This document shows, one piece after another, positions 28,448-38,401 of a stretch of 64,000 nucleotides of DNA. This stretch comes from a virus. Lineage: Duplodnaviria; Caudoviricetes. The translations under genes and the position numbers were made by a program. Each line of letters begins with the position of its first letter. The stretch's first letter is position 1. A model generated the notes under the pieces. That model ran no database searches and was not told the DNA's origin. It saw only the letters and a list, made by a program, of their open reading frames with translations. Location of the stretch: positions 1 through 64,000 of IMG/VR virus record IMGVR_UViG_2627853746_000004; one strand, given 5' to 3'.

Positions 28448-28702
28448 ATGAAAAAATATATTAAAGGATTTGAGGGAGAGAGTATCTTCGAGCTTGAGGA
28501 AGAAGTTAATCTTTTCTTAGGTACCCTGGATGCGGAGCGAGTAATAGATATTCAACATTCTGGGGTTGCCGTTTCACATGACGGGGCAGCAATGAAGCTT
28601 TATACTGCAATTGTTACTTATCTGTTCGATGAAGCCCTAAATGACATTCCATTTAAACGGGATGAATTTGAAGAAAAAATAAAGAATAGACCTGTAGTTT
28701 AA
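28448..28702 (+). CDS. Cse60-like sporulation protein
   Basis: KGFEGESIFELEEEVNLFL...VIDIQHS...YTAIVTY resembles the Cse60 family. Confidence 0.65.
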   Translation: MKKYIKGFEGESIFELEEEVNLFLGTLDAERVIDIQHSGVAVSHDGAAMKLYTAIVTYLFDEALNDIPFKRDEFEEKIKNRPVV

Positions 28703-28801
28703 TGAATTAAAAGTTATAAATGAATACATAAAGCCATCCTTTGAACCTGGATGGCTTTTTCTGTTTCAGTTTAAACCAATAATCCTAAGGGAGAGATACT
28801 T

Positions 28802-29125
28802 ATGAGATTAAATGAAATACGGCTGGAGTTGACAGACCATGCTCACCAGCAGTTCATGGAGAGGGCAGGACTGGCGACATTTGAAGAAATCAGGGATGCT
28901 TGCCGTGAGCAATTGGCAGCAGGGGACTACAAGCGAGACGGTGAGTTTATTAAAATCAATGATGCCTGGTGGATATTCACCATACGCGAAGAAATGATTG
29001 TGCTGATCACCTGCTATGGTAACAGTCATTTTGATGTTCCGAGGGCGTTAGCATGGGCAAGAAGACACGATGACCGAATTACCTTGGATAACTTCCTAAA
29101 CCCGGAAGCACAACAAATTATATAG
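28802..29125 (+). CDS. Hypothetical protein
   Basis: LTDHAHQQFMER...LITCY. Confidence 0.65.
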   Translation: MRLNEIRLELTDHAHQQFMERAGLATFEEIRDACREQLAAGDYKRDGEFIKINDAWWIFTIREEMIVLITCYGNSHFDVPRALAWARRHDDRITLDNFLNPEAQQII

Positions 29126-29205
29126 GCCACAACCGACAGCGCCGATGAAGGGCGTTTTTATTTGCTCAGGAAAGTTTTCCTTAATTCTATATTGGAGGCG
29201 ATGAA

Positions 29206-29760
29206 ATGAAGTTTGTACAACCCATTAGAGACCCAGTAAAGCTCAATTTAATCCAAAGGTATCTCAGGGACCAAAACCACCGGAACTACATCCTGTTTCA
29301 AATCGGAATCAATACCGGATTTCGTATTTCTGATATTTTACCTATCAAAGTGGCTGACGTTAAAGGAACTCACATCACAATTAGAGAGCAGAAGACAGGC
29401 AAAGAAAAGAAGGTTCTGATCCGCAAGACACTACGAAAAGACTTGGATGCATATATATCAGGTAAATCAGATGACGAATATCTCTTCCCGAGTCGAAACA
29501 AAAAAGGAAGTCGAAAACTTCATCCGATATCTCGAAGCATGGCTTATAAAATCGTCAGAGATGCTGCTGCAGAGTTCGGACTTACCGAGATTGGGACCCA
29601 CTCCATGAGAAAGACCTTCGGGCACAACTTTTACACCAAAAAGAGAGACATAGTGTTACTAATGGACCTATTCAACCATACAGAGGAAAAAGTGACTTTA
29701 CGGTATGTAGGCATCCTCCAGGACACCCTAGACGATGCTTTAGAGGATGTAGAACTGTAA
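29206..29760 (+). CDS. Small catalytic-domain-only tyrosine recombinase
   Basis: NTGFRISD, EQKTGK, GTHSMRKTFG, FNH and TLRYVG. Confidence 0.92.
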   Translation: MKFVQPIRDPVKLNLIQRYLRDQNHRNYILFQIGINTGFRISDILPIKVADVKGTHITIREQKTGKEKKVLIRKTLRKDLDAYISGKSDDEYLFPSRNKKGSRKLHPISRSMAYKIVRDAAAEFGLTEIGTHSMRKTFGHNFYTKKRDIVLLMDLFNHTEEKVTLRYVGILQDTLDDALEDVEL

Positions 29761-29761
29761 C

Positions 29762-29878
29762 GAATTCACCTTAAACAGGTAATGATGAACTCAAAATAGG
29801 GAAAAGAAAACAGAATCAATAAAATCAAGGGAAAGCCGCACTTTACGAGTTACACACAATATATATTAAAGTGAATTC
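29762..29878. repeat. Inverted pair of putative recombinase sites
   Basis: GAATTCACCTTAA...GAACTC (29762-29792) and GAGTTAC...TTAAAGTGAATTC (29847-29878). Confidence 0.55.
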
Positions 29879-30022
29879 AATTAACAAATATTAGTAGAAT
29901 ACAGCAAGTAGCCCAAGCCTGAGTTCAATCTAAGGCTTATTTTCATTAGTAACGTTTGACCAATGTAGACCTTTCAAAAGAGGGTCCAACTCAAATACGT
30001 AGTAAGGCCGAGGTGAAGTTAG

Positions 30023-30763
30023 TTGACAAGGGAGAAAAGCCCGGATCGTGAAAAGGCGCTGAAGATATGGCTGAAGAGTGGAAGGCAGAAGAAACTGAGT
30101 GAAATTGCGGCAGAACTTGGACTCAATCCTTCAATGGTTCGCAGATGGAAAAGCGCCGATAAGTGGGATGAGATACCGGCATCCGGCAGACCGAGAGGAG
30201 CTAAGAAGGGCAACCAGAACGCAAAGGGAAATAAGGGTGGTAAGGGTGGCCCCGAAGGGAATCAGAAAGCGCTCAAGCACGGATTCTTCAGTAAGTTTAT
30301 GCCTCAGGACCCTGAGTTCATGGAGATACGCGAGATTGTGGAAACCATGAGTCCAGCAGATATGATCTGGGAGAACGTACTTAGTCTGTATCAACGGCTT
30401 ATCTGGGGCCGCCGCATCACACATGTCAAGGATAAGGACGATCTTACAAAGGTCCTGAAAAAGAAGAAACCAGGAATGTTCGGAACGGAGCGAGAGTGGG
30501 AATATCAACAAGCCTGGGATAAGTACAATAGCGCCATAAAAGCAGAGGCTACTGTTATGAAGGAACTCAGATCAGCAATAAAACAGTTTATTGAGATTGC
30601 TCCAGAAAAGGATGAACGAAGATTAAAGCTGAATAAGATGAAGGCGGAGATTGAGAAGACCCGTTTAGAAATAGAGAAACTCAAAAACGGTGTAGGGGAT
30701 TCTGAAGATGATTTAATTAAGGATTGGGTGAGTGGAGTCACAGAAAATATTCAGGGGTCATAA
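30023..30763 (+). CDS. terS: Terminase small subunit
   Basis: N-terminal HTH (IAAELGLNPSMVRRWKSADKW), GNQNAKGN, NQKALKHG. Confidence 0.9.
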   Translation: MTREKSPDREKALKIWLKSGRQKKLSEIAAELGLNPSMVRRWKSADKWDEIPASGRPRGAKKGNQNAKGNKGGKGGPEGNQKALKHGFFSKFMPQDPEFMEIREIVETMSPADMIWENVLSLYQRLIWGRRITHVKDKDDLTKVLKKKKPGMFGTEREWEYQQAWDKYNSAIKAEATVMKELRSAIKQFIEIAPEKDERRLKLNKMKAEIEKTRLEIEKLKNGVGDSEDDLIKDWVSGVTENIQGS

Positions 30764-30822
30764 TCAATATGAATTTTTGACTCTTTTACAGAAGTAAACT
30801 AATACTTATTTCAAGGCAATAT

Positions 30823-30850
30823 GAAGGAATAAATGGAAAATGTGTCGAAA
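30823..30850 (+). promoter_or_regulatory. Sigma-H-like promoter
   Basis: GAAGGAATA...GTCGAAA (AGGA-N15-GTCGAA). Confidence 0.6.
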
Positions 30851-30884
30851 TTCACAATATGAAATTATTTGGAGGTAGAAATAA

Positions 30885-32519
30885 ATGGAATTTAAAGTCC
30901 TGTCAAACAATTCAAGTGTAAAGGAGCAACCTGGAGGATTTGTTTATCTTGTCGCTGATAATTGGAATGATTGGTATGAATTCTGGGTGCTGTATCAGGC
31001 TTATTATAAAAATGAAAGAGACGTAGTAACATACATTGGCCCAGTAAAGTTCGGTAACATAAATATGGTAAACGGTGTTGTGGATTTACCAAGAGAATTT
31101 AGCTCATTAGGCCAAACGTTTTTCTCTCTTGGACAAGATTCATTTTACTATGAAAATTTAAATCGTATTGGAGATAAATTTCGTGATGATTTATTAAGAA
31201 ATCTAAAAGATGTAGCTCTAGATTTGGAGCTATTTTCAGAAATTCAATCACTTAGAGTAACTTACAAAGCTTTATTAAGAGATTTTAACTCGGACAAAGT
31301 TAGAGATACATTTCATTATTTAGCACTCGGAAACTCTTCTCTTACATATTATGATTTTGATTACCTGATCCCTAAGTCGGATGACCCTCAAGATGGTAAC
31401 TACAAACTTGCCATAAAAGTAGTACCTGATTCCACACCGCCTACTAATATTCACGCAATTATAGGTAGAAATGGCGTCGGGAAAACTCACTTATTAAATC
31501 AAATGGCTGCTTCTTTGATGCAGGTCGAAGGTTCGGTAGGTACTTTTAAACACGATAACCCATTCGAAGATGAGGAAATCTTTAACCACATCATATATAT
31601 ATCATTTAGTGCTTTCGACGATGCGAAAATTTTAGAACATAAAAGGAATAATGACAATTCAGTAACCTATTCGTATATAGGATTAAAAGAAATGCGAAAG
31701 TTAAACGTTATTACGGATGAAATTACCAAAATGCCTAAACAAAGAGACTTTATTGAAACAAAAAGTACGAAAAGATTAAGAGAAGAATTGGTACAAAGTA
31801 TATGGAGTTGTCGTGAAACTCCGTCCAAAAGAGCTCGGCTTGAACAAGCGATAGACATGCTTGGAACTGATCCTATTTTTGCTGTTGCAGGTGTACGGGA
31901 GTTATTGCATTCCTCAGAAACAGAGGAAAGACTTTTAAACAACGCTGTTGAAGTTAGAAAACAACTCACAAGAGAAGAAAGTGAGAGTATAAGAACTGAT
32001 TTTTATAATCGTGCCATACTTGTTTTTGAGAAATTTAGTTCTGGACATAGCATTGTACTTTTAACCATTACTAAATTAATAGAAGAACTTAGAGAAAAAA
32101 CACTTGTATTATTGGATGAGCCCGAATCACATCTACATCCCCCATTATTATCTACATTTACACGAATTCTATCTAGTCTATTGATTAAACAAAATGGTGT
32201 AGGATTAATAGCAACACATTCGCCTGTAGTTTTACAAGAAATACCACAAAAATGTGTTTCTATATTTAATAGAAGTGGAAGGAATTTGAAGTTTGAAACA
32301 CCTTCAATTGAGACTTTTGGTGAAAATATAAATACTCTAACTAAAGAAGTTTTCTCATTTGAAGTAACCAATTCAGGATTCCATAGATTATTACAAGAAG
32401 CAGTGGATGCAAGTGAAACATATAAAGACGCATTAAATTTCTTTAATAATGAACTAGGCATGGAGGCTCGCGTGATTTTAAGTAGTTTAATGGATTTAAA
32501 GGAGACGAGAGGAGAATGA
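30885..32519 (+). CDS. ABC/AAA_21-type ATPase, Septu PtuA-like
   Basis: GRNGVGKT, FSSGH, LLDEPESHLHP, IATHSP; AT-rich. Confidence 0.8.
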   Translation: MEFKVLSNNSSVKEQPGGFVYLVADNWNDWYEFWVLYQAYYKNERDVVTYIGPVKFGNINMVNGVVDLPREFSSLGQTFFSLGQDSFYYENLNRIGDKFRDDLLRNLKDVALDLELFSEIQSLRVTYKALLRDFNSDKVRDTFHYLALGNSSLTYYDFDYLIPKSDDPQDGNYKLAIKVVPDSTPPTNIHAIIGRNGVGKTHLLNQMAASLMQVEGSVGTFKHDNPFEDEEIFNHIIYISFSAFDDAKILEHKRNNDNSVTYSYIGLKEMRKLNVITDEITKMPKQRDFIETKSTKRLREELVQSIWSCRETPSKRARLEQAIDMLGTDPIFAVAGVRELLHSSETEERLLNNAVEVRKQLTREESESIRTDFYNRAILVFEKFSSGHSIVLLTITKLIEELREKTLVLLDEPESHLHPPLLSTFTRILSSLLIKQNGVGLIATHSPVVLQEIPQKCVSIFNRSGRNLKFETPSIETFGENINTLTKEVFSFEVTNSGFHRLLQEAVDASETYKDALNFFNNELGMEARVILSSLMDLKETRGE

Positions 32520-33430
32520 GATCTTTAGAAAAACCCAAAGAATTAGCGACTGAAGCTTTTGGAACCTGTATCAGTAGAGTTCGAAGCTCTGAATTAAAGG
32601 AAAGATTGGAAGAGTGTTATCCGGACATTGAATTGGCTGAGAATAGATTCGAGAAGCTTGTCCAATCAGCTTTATTACACACCTTTAAGGATGATTTATT
32701 AAATGTTAGACGAGTTAACCAAGAAGAAATGGAAGCTGTATATACTCAGAGGATGGTGGACGAAGATTCACCAGGGAGAGATATTTATGATCGAATAAAA
32801 AACGCACCTTATAATAGTACTTGTCCCATCTGTGGACAACGTAAAGTTACGTGTCTCGATCATCACTTACCTAAATCACTATATCCATCACTTGTTGTCA
32901 CACCAATAAACTTAGTACCTGCATGTGATGAGTGCAATGAAACCAAAAGAGCAAAAATAGCAAAATCCAGCGAAGATGAAACAATTCATCCATATTTTGA
33001 TGATTTGGGCGATGTGCGTTATTTATTTGCTCAGGTAGTTAGAAAAGAGGAGGGAAGACCACCGGCTTTTAGTTTCTATTTCAAAGCGGCTCCTGCTTGG
33101 AGTGCCCAGTTGACTGCACGTGTTACAAATCATTTTGATTCGTTTAGTTTAAATGAGTTATATAGAATTCATGCAGCAGATGAGATTTCAGGGCAAGTGG
33201 GTGATTGGAGTAAATTAGGATACGCTTCCCTAAAAAATAAACTTGATGAGCAATTCTGGACACGATATGAAGAACACCCTAATTCATGGCAAACGGCATT
33301 TTATGATGGGGTTCGTAATGATGAATGGTTTTGTAATGGAGGATTTTTGGAATTTTTAAATCCTGTTAGAAAAAAACTTTATGTCGAAAGAATGAAAATT
33401 GCTGCCACATTAGAAAAGTTAAGTGAATAG
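32516..33430 (+). CDS. HNH endonuclease, Septu PtuB-like
   Basis: CPICG...LDHHLPKS.YP...NLVPACDECN...IHPYFD; 4-nt overlap with the ATPase. Confidence 0.8.
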   Translation: MRSLEKPKELATEAFGTCISRVRSSELKERLEECYPDIELAENRFEKLVQSALLHTFKDDLLNVRRVNQEEMEAVYTQRMVDEDSPGRDIYDRIKNAPYNSTCPICGQRKVTCLDHHLPKSLYPSLVVTPINLVPACDECNETKRAKIAKSSEDETIHPYFDDLGDVRYLFAQVVRKEEGRPPAFSFYFKAAPAWSAQLTARVTNHFDSFSLNELYRIHAADEISGQVGDWSKLGYASLKNKLDEQFWTRYEEHPNSWQTAFYDGVRNDEWFCNGGFLEFLNPVRKKLYVERMKIAATLEKLSE

Positions 33431-33554
33431 CAAGTGTCACTAGAGTAACTTAATACAAGATAGTAAATTTAGCACTCTTATAAAGAGTGCTTTCTCAGTT
33501 TAAATCAGCTTTTAAATAGAAAAGTTATTTTAATAATCTGGAGGGGGATCTATT

Positions 33555-35009
33555 TTGAATAATAAAGTTAGTGAAAATAAACGAATGGACGTATTTAAAA
33601 AGCGAATTACTGTATACCGAAAGAGTCCAAAAACATTCTTCAAAGAGATTCTTAACTTTACTCCGGATCAATGGCAAGAAGAGGTTTCAAATGATATAGC
33701 GAACAACAGGTTCGTCACCGTCAGATCAGGCCAAGGAGTTGGTAAGACTGCTCTTGAAGCAGCTATTGCCTTATGGTTCCTCTGTTGCTTCCCATATCCC
33801 CGAGTGGTTTGTACAGCACCTACAAGGCAGCAGCTAAACGATGTCCTTTGGGCTGAAATCAGTAAGTGGCAATCCAAGAGTCCGATACTAAAACGAATTC
33901 TTAAGTGGACCAAAACCAAGGTATACATGAAGAACCATGAGGAACGTTGGTTCGCCACAGCCCGGACAGCAACAAAGCCAGAGAACATGCAGGGCTTCCA
34001 TGAGGACTACATGCTTTTCATAGTAGACGAAGCATCAGGGGTAGAGGATCGAATCATGGCTGCAATATTCGGTACGCTATCCGGTGAATATAATAAGCTC
34101 TTCATGTGTGGGAACCCAACTAAAACGAGTGGGTTCTTTTTTGATTCTCACAATAGGGACAGAGCTATTTATAAAACGCATCAGGTGTCATGCCTTGATA
34201 GTCCGCGCACCAGCAAAGAAAACATTGAAATGCTCAAGCGTAAGTATGGCGAGGGCAGTGACGTTTATCGCGTTCGTGTGCAGGGGCAGTTCCCACGCGG
34301 TGAGGCCGGCACATTCATAACGCTTGAAGCTGCGGAGCATGCAGCCAAAGAGGTGCAGATTAAAGCGACTGGAACAACATTGGTTGTCGGGGTAGACGTT
34401 GCCCGTTACGGTGATGATGAAACAGCAATGTATGCAGGCATCGGTAAGAAAACTGTTGGACAGCATAGCCACTTCAAAGAAAGCACTATGGTTACTGTAG
34501 GAAATGCTATTCTTTTGGCGAAAGATATGCTGCTGCAGCATCCAGAAGTTGAACACGTAAAGTTCAATGTCGATGATACCGGGGTTGGCGGCGGCGTTAC
34601 AGATCGTCTTATTGAAGTGATTAACGAAGAAGGTTATGGCTGGGAGGTGGTGCCGGTCAACAATGGATCATCATCTTTGGATGAGTATTGCGCTAACCTG
34701 GTCACAGAGATGTGGCAGTCTATCAGAACGGACTTGGAAACCAATCTAACCAACTTCATAAACGGAGAACCTGGAGTTATGCAACTACCGGACGATGATA
34801 CCTTAATTTCACAACTGGCTACTCGCAAATGGCGAATGACCTCGAAAGGGAAGATGATCCTGGAAAGCAAGGATGATATGAAGAAGCGAGGACTCAAATC
34901 ACCTGATAGAGCCGATGCTTATGTTTTGACATTTGGAGAATTCATGGTTGAAGCACCGGAAAACATTATGCTGCCGACCATTGGTGGTGTAACCATTAGA
35001 AGGCATTAA
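33555..35009 (+). CDS. terL: Terminase large subunit
   Basis: SGQGVGKT, FIVDEASG, GNP, GVDVARYGDD, SPDRADA. Confidence 0.95.
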   Translation: MNNKVSENKRMDVFKKRITVYRKSPKTFFKEILNFTPDQWQEEVSNDIANNRFVTVRSGQGVGKTALEAAIALWFLCCFPYPRVVCTAPTRQQLNDVLWAEISKWQSKSPILKRILKWTKTKVYMKNHEERWFATARTATKPENMQGFHEDYMLFIVDEASGVEDRIMAAIFGTLSGEYNKLFMCGNPTKTSGFFFDSHNRDRAIYKTHQVSCLDSPRTSKENIEMLKRKYGEGSDVYRVRVQGQFPRGEAGTFITLEAAEHAAKEVQIKATGTTLVVGVDVARYGDDETAMYAGIGKKTVGQHSHFKESTMVTVGNAILLAKDMLLQHPEVEHVKFNVDDTGVGGGVTDRLIEVINEEGYGWEVVPVNNGSSSLDEYCANLVTEMWQSIRTDLETNLTNFINGEPGVMQLPDDDTLISQLATRKWRMTSKGKMILESKDDMKKRGLKSPDRADAYVLTFGEFMVEAPENIMLPTIGGVTIRRH

Positions 35010-35154
35010 ACTTCTAGATACTTCACGGAGTTCAAACTTATAAGCTTTTTATACTAATGCAAATAATGCATCCTGCCGAAAAAAGTAATAGGAAAAGATT
35101 GTTAGTTCGACTGTTAGTCTATTTGCTAAAATGAAAAGATGAGGGGTCTGTATA

Positions 35155-36255
35155 GTGGAATTTACGCTAGCAAAGAAAGAAAAAAAGAAACGCCTTAATA
35201 AAGTAACTTGGGTCATGTTATTTATCATGATCATGCTCGTTTTATTTCGCTTTATCCCAGTAGAGCCCTATGCAGCACATGGATTAGGTGATTTAGAAGA
35301 CACCAGTAAAATAGTTCAAATAAAGGAACTTCATATTCAAGACAGAGGAGCACATTTAGAGCCGTTTTATTATACGACAGTCAGGACAAGATACTTCGAT
35401 AATCTTCTTGAAAAGATGTACTCATATTCACTAAAACATCGTACTGAGGAGCGTGTTAATCTTCCTACTAAAAATGGTCACGTTCCTCTGGAAACTTTTC
35501 CTGGGCTATCTGCAGAGGACGACCTGCAATATTCAATATCATTGAAATGGGATTCAGTTAATAATATCACTTCAATAGCTTTAAAATATGCTGGATATAC
35601 ATCAGCATTTCATGAAAAGGTTGAGATTACCAATGTTTTTGATAATTTCGAGGCTGCAAAGTTTCTTAAATTACACGATGAGATCCTTTCATTTAACCAT
35701 CAATCAATTAATAGTGTTGAAGACGTTGTGAACGCACCTAAAAATGTTAAATTGGGAGATACTGTTCCAATCACTATCAATAGGGAGGGTAAAAAAGTAG
35801 AGTTTGCATTAACATATGCACAAACAGACGAAAGCGGTAAACCAATAATCGGTTTTCAATCCGGTATTATGCGTTATTATGATGATTTTGATATTAATAA
35901 ACTGGTCGCGTTCCCTGAATCTTTATCAGGAGATTCCGCAGGAATGATGATCAGCCTTCAACTCATTCAATCAATAACCGGAGAAGATCTAACCAAAGGA
36001 TATAAAATTGGGGGAACTGGTACCATAAATGCTGATGAGACCATTGGTGAAATTGGAAGCATGCCTCTAAAAATTAGAACAGCAGTAGAAGATAAGGCTG
36101 ATATCTATCTTGTTCCAAAATCAAGTAATAATGATGAACAAAATGAATTTGAAGCTTTGAAAACGAAAGTGGAAATAAAAACTGATCTTAAGATTGTTCC
36201 TGTTGAGAATCTTCAAGAAGCTCTTGAGTTTTTACGTTCATTGTCTCCAAAATGA
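35155..36255 (+). CDS. Membrane-anchored PDZ/Lon-type (S16, YlbL-like) protease
   Basis: N-terminal TM, PDZ-like region, SGDSAG catalytic Ser, GTGTI, IGSMPLKI Lys. Confidence 0.85.
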   Translation: MEFTLAKKEKKKRLNKVTWVMLFIMIMLVLFRFIPVEPYAAHGLGDLEDTSKIVQIKELHIQDRGAHLEPFYYTTVRTRYFDNLLEKMYSYSLKHRTEERVNLPTKNGHVPLETFPGLSAEDDLQYSISLKWDSVNNITSIALKYAGYTSAFHEKVEITNVFDNFEAAKFLKLHDEILSFNHQSINSVEDVVNAPKNVKLGDTVPITINREGKKVEFALTYAQTDESGKPIIGFQSGIMRYYDDFDINKLVAFPESLSGDSAGMMISLQLIQSITGEDLTKGYKIGGTGTINADETIGEIGSMPLKIRTAVEDKADIYLVPKSSNNDEQNEFEALKTKVEIKTDLKIVPVENLQEALEFLRSLSPK

Positions 36256-36401
36256 AATAATTTAAAATTCCTACAAAATGATGTAGATGAAAAATAGAAG
36301 GCTGGGGTTACCCTACCTTCTATTTTTTGTCTAATCGTTTGATGCTTCCTAGTTTTGGAGGTGTTACAATCAGAGGAGGATAAAATTAACAAGGAGAGAA
36401 T

Positions 36402-37094
36402 ATGATGACAAAAAAAGTTTCTTATTTAGAAGAAGGATCAAATACATTCAAGTATGCTGAAGTTAATGCTTTCTCTAAGGTATGCCCTTATTGTGATTTA
36501 GGTGTTGATGTTGTAAGTAGAGAAGGCTATCTAATTGAAGATACTTTGCAAATATTATTTATTTGTCCACGAAACGAGTGTAGACAAGCGTTTATAGGCG
36601 TATATAAAAAAATACTGGTAAAGGACCCCATTAAACCAGTGGATTATGTACTGGTTAGGACTGAACCACAAATAAAGTACATAAAAAAAGACATTGATAC
36701 GAGAATTATGAGTATATCACCTGTATTCGCTACAATTTTCTCAGAAGCAGGAGAGGCAGAGGCACTTAATTTAGAAAATATTGCTGGTATGGGTTATAGG
36801 AAGTCGCTTGAATTTCTAATAAAAGATTACCTGATATCTAAAAATATTGAAGATAGAGAAAATATTGAACGCAAGAGTTTAGGACAATGCATTAATCAGG
36901 ATATTGATAATCCAAATATAAAGAGTATGGCTGCAAGGGCTGCTTGGTTAGGTAACGATGAAACACATTATTCAAGAAAACATGCATCAATGTCTATAAT
37001 TGATTTGAAATTATTGATTGAAGCGACTCAGTATTGGATTCTTATGGAACTAATAAAAGATGAATATCAAAGCAAACTTCCTAATGCTAGATAA
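36402..37094 (+). CDS. DUF4145/HEPN-like protein with Zn ribbon
   Basis: CPYC..CPRNEC, GMGYRKSLEFLIKDY, WLGNDETHY. Confidence 0.75.
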   Translation: MMTKKVSYLEEGSNTFKYAEVNAFSKVCPYCDLGVDVVSREGYLIEDTLQILFICPRNECRQAFIGVYKKILVKDPIKPVDYVLVRTEPQIKYIKKDIDTRIMSISPVFATIFSEAGEAEALNLENIAGMGYRKSLEFLIKDYLISKNIEDRENIERKSLGQCINQDIDNPNIKSMAARAAWLGNDETHYSRKHASMSIIDLKLLIEATQYWILMELIKDEYQSKLPNAR

Positions 37095-37153
37095 AAAAAT
37101 GATATAATGCATTTTTATGAACTTTATAATAACTTGAAAAACTTTATTGATAT

Positions 37154-37969
37154 ATGAACAAGCTGGAAATTATTTATAAGATAGTAAAGTATCGGAGGAT
37201 TTTGGGGGTGTTTTCTATTTATAACGAGCATATTTTAAAGGCTTTTGAAGAATTAAATATTCTAAGCCAAGCTAATGAAATTGTGGATATATTTAACCGA
37301 CAAGAAAAATTATTTATAGCAAGGACAATCAAAAATGAAGAACATAAAGGATTTTTAGCGGCTATAGGGTACATGTCTCATTTGTATTTGCAGAGTTCTT
37401 TATTCAGATCTCAGTGTTATATTTATGGATATATAACTTCCACAAATACGAATAATGTTTTAATGACAGCTCAATCTACGAGAGCTCATTTAGAGATCAC
37501 TTCTAGTTTGTTGTTTTACTTTTTTAAGTTGAAAAAGTATATAGCTGATCCGACAAATGAAGATTTAAAAAATGAATTAAAAATTACGATCCAGAAATTG
37601 ATGGCAGGCTCAAAAATAGTAATTACGGAAGACCGCGAAAAAATAGAAGCTATTAATGTTCTAACGATGATATCACATGCTGATAAAGGTATTTTGGAAT
37701 TTGGTGGGAATAATTCCTTGATGGAATACTATGGACTCCTTTCAGAGTTTTGCCATCCCAATTCATATTCATTAGTAATGGCTTCCAATATTTCTGAAGA
37801 TAAAGTCATCGATTACAACACTCCATTCAAAACAATAAATTTAGAAGTGATGGCCTTATTTCATGAATCAATTTACTTTACATCTAAGTTGTTTATAGAT
37901 TTCTTTGAAATGTTAAAAGAAATGTTAGGAAAAGCATTTTTGATACCGACAGTAGACGAAATAAATTAA
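37154..37969 (+). CDS. HEPN-like hypothetical protein
   Basis: RAHLE and YYGLLSEFCHPN motifs; very AT-rich. Confidence 0.55.
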   Translation: MNKLEIIYKIVKYRRILGVFSIYNEHILKAFEELNILSQANEIVDIFNRQEKLFIARTIKNEEHKGFLAAIGYMSHLYLQSSLFRSQCYIYGYITSTNTNNVLMTAQSTRAHLEITSSLLFYFFKLKKYIADPTNEDLKNELKITIQKLMAGSKIVITEDREKIEAINVLTMISHADKGILEFGGNNSLMEYYGLLSEFCHPNSYSLVMASNISEDKVIDYNTPFKTINLEVMALFHESIYFTSKLFIDFFEMLKEMLGKAFLIPTVDEIN

Positions 37970-38131
37970 TGAAAATCCGTAGTAACCTAGTATTAAGCCA
38001 ATGATATTATTAATCCATAGAAGTATGAACGAATACAGAAGGTCAGGAAATTTTTCCTGCCTTCTATTTTTATGTCCAGGATACACAATAAACAAAAAGC
38101 CGCCACAATGGCGACTTAATGAGTACGTGAC

Positions 38132-38311
38132 TTATTTCTTGTGTTTTGTAGGGTCTACCAACTTGTAACCTTCTCCAGGCTTTTGGGTTGGAGGCAAAGG
38201 ATTGCCTTTCGTTGAGGTCACTTCTCTTCCTTTGTCTCCACCTCTAGGACCTACTACGCTATATTGTCCTGATTTAGGGGTAGGAGTGCCTGGTGTGAGT
38301 TTATCAGCCAT
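38132..38311 (-). CDS. YjzC-family protein
   Basis: PGTPTPKSGQYSVVGPRGG...GNPLPPT; AAAGGAGGTGA RBS. Confidence 0.85.
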   Translation of the reverse strand: MADKLTPGTPTPKSGQYSVVGPRGGDKGREVTSTKGNPLPPTQKPGEGYKLVDPTKHKK

Positions 38312-38338
38312 GTCATCACCTCCTTTAGACCTAATTCT

Positions 38339-38365
38339 TTCGACATAATAACAGTTATTTCCTTC
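38339..38365 (-). promoter_or_regulatory. Sigma-H-like promoter
   Basis: Minus strand GAAGGAAAT...GTCGAA (N15). Confidence 0.6.
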
Positions 38366-38401
38366 TATTATTTGTGTTTTATTTGGAAAGGTGGTGAAAA
38401 C

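Noticed and set aside
30885-33430. Retron (Ec78-type) system
   Set aside because: No reverse transcriptase or msr-msd region found nearby.
35488-35503. Additional dispersed palindrome copy
   Set aside because: One half-site mismatch inside moron coding sequence; could be chance, so not counted as a core site.
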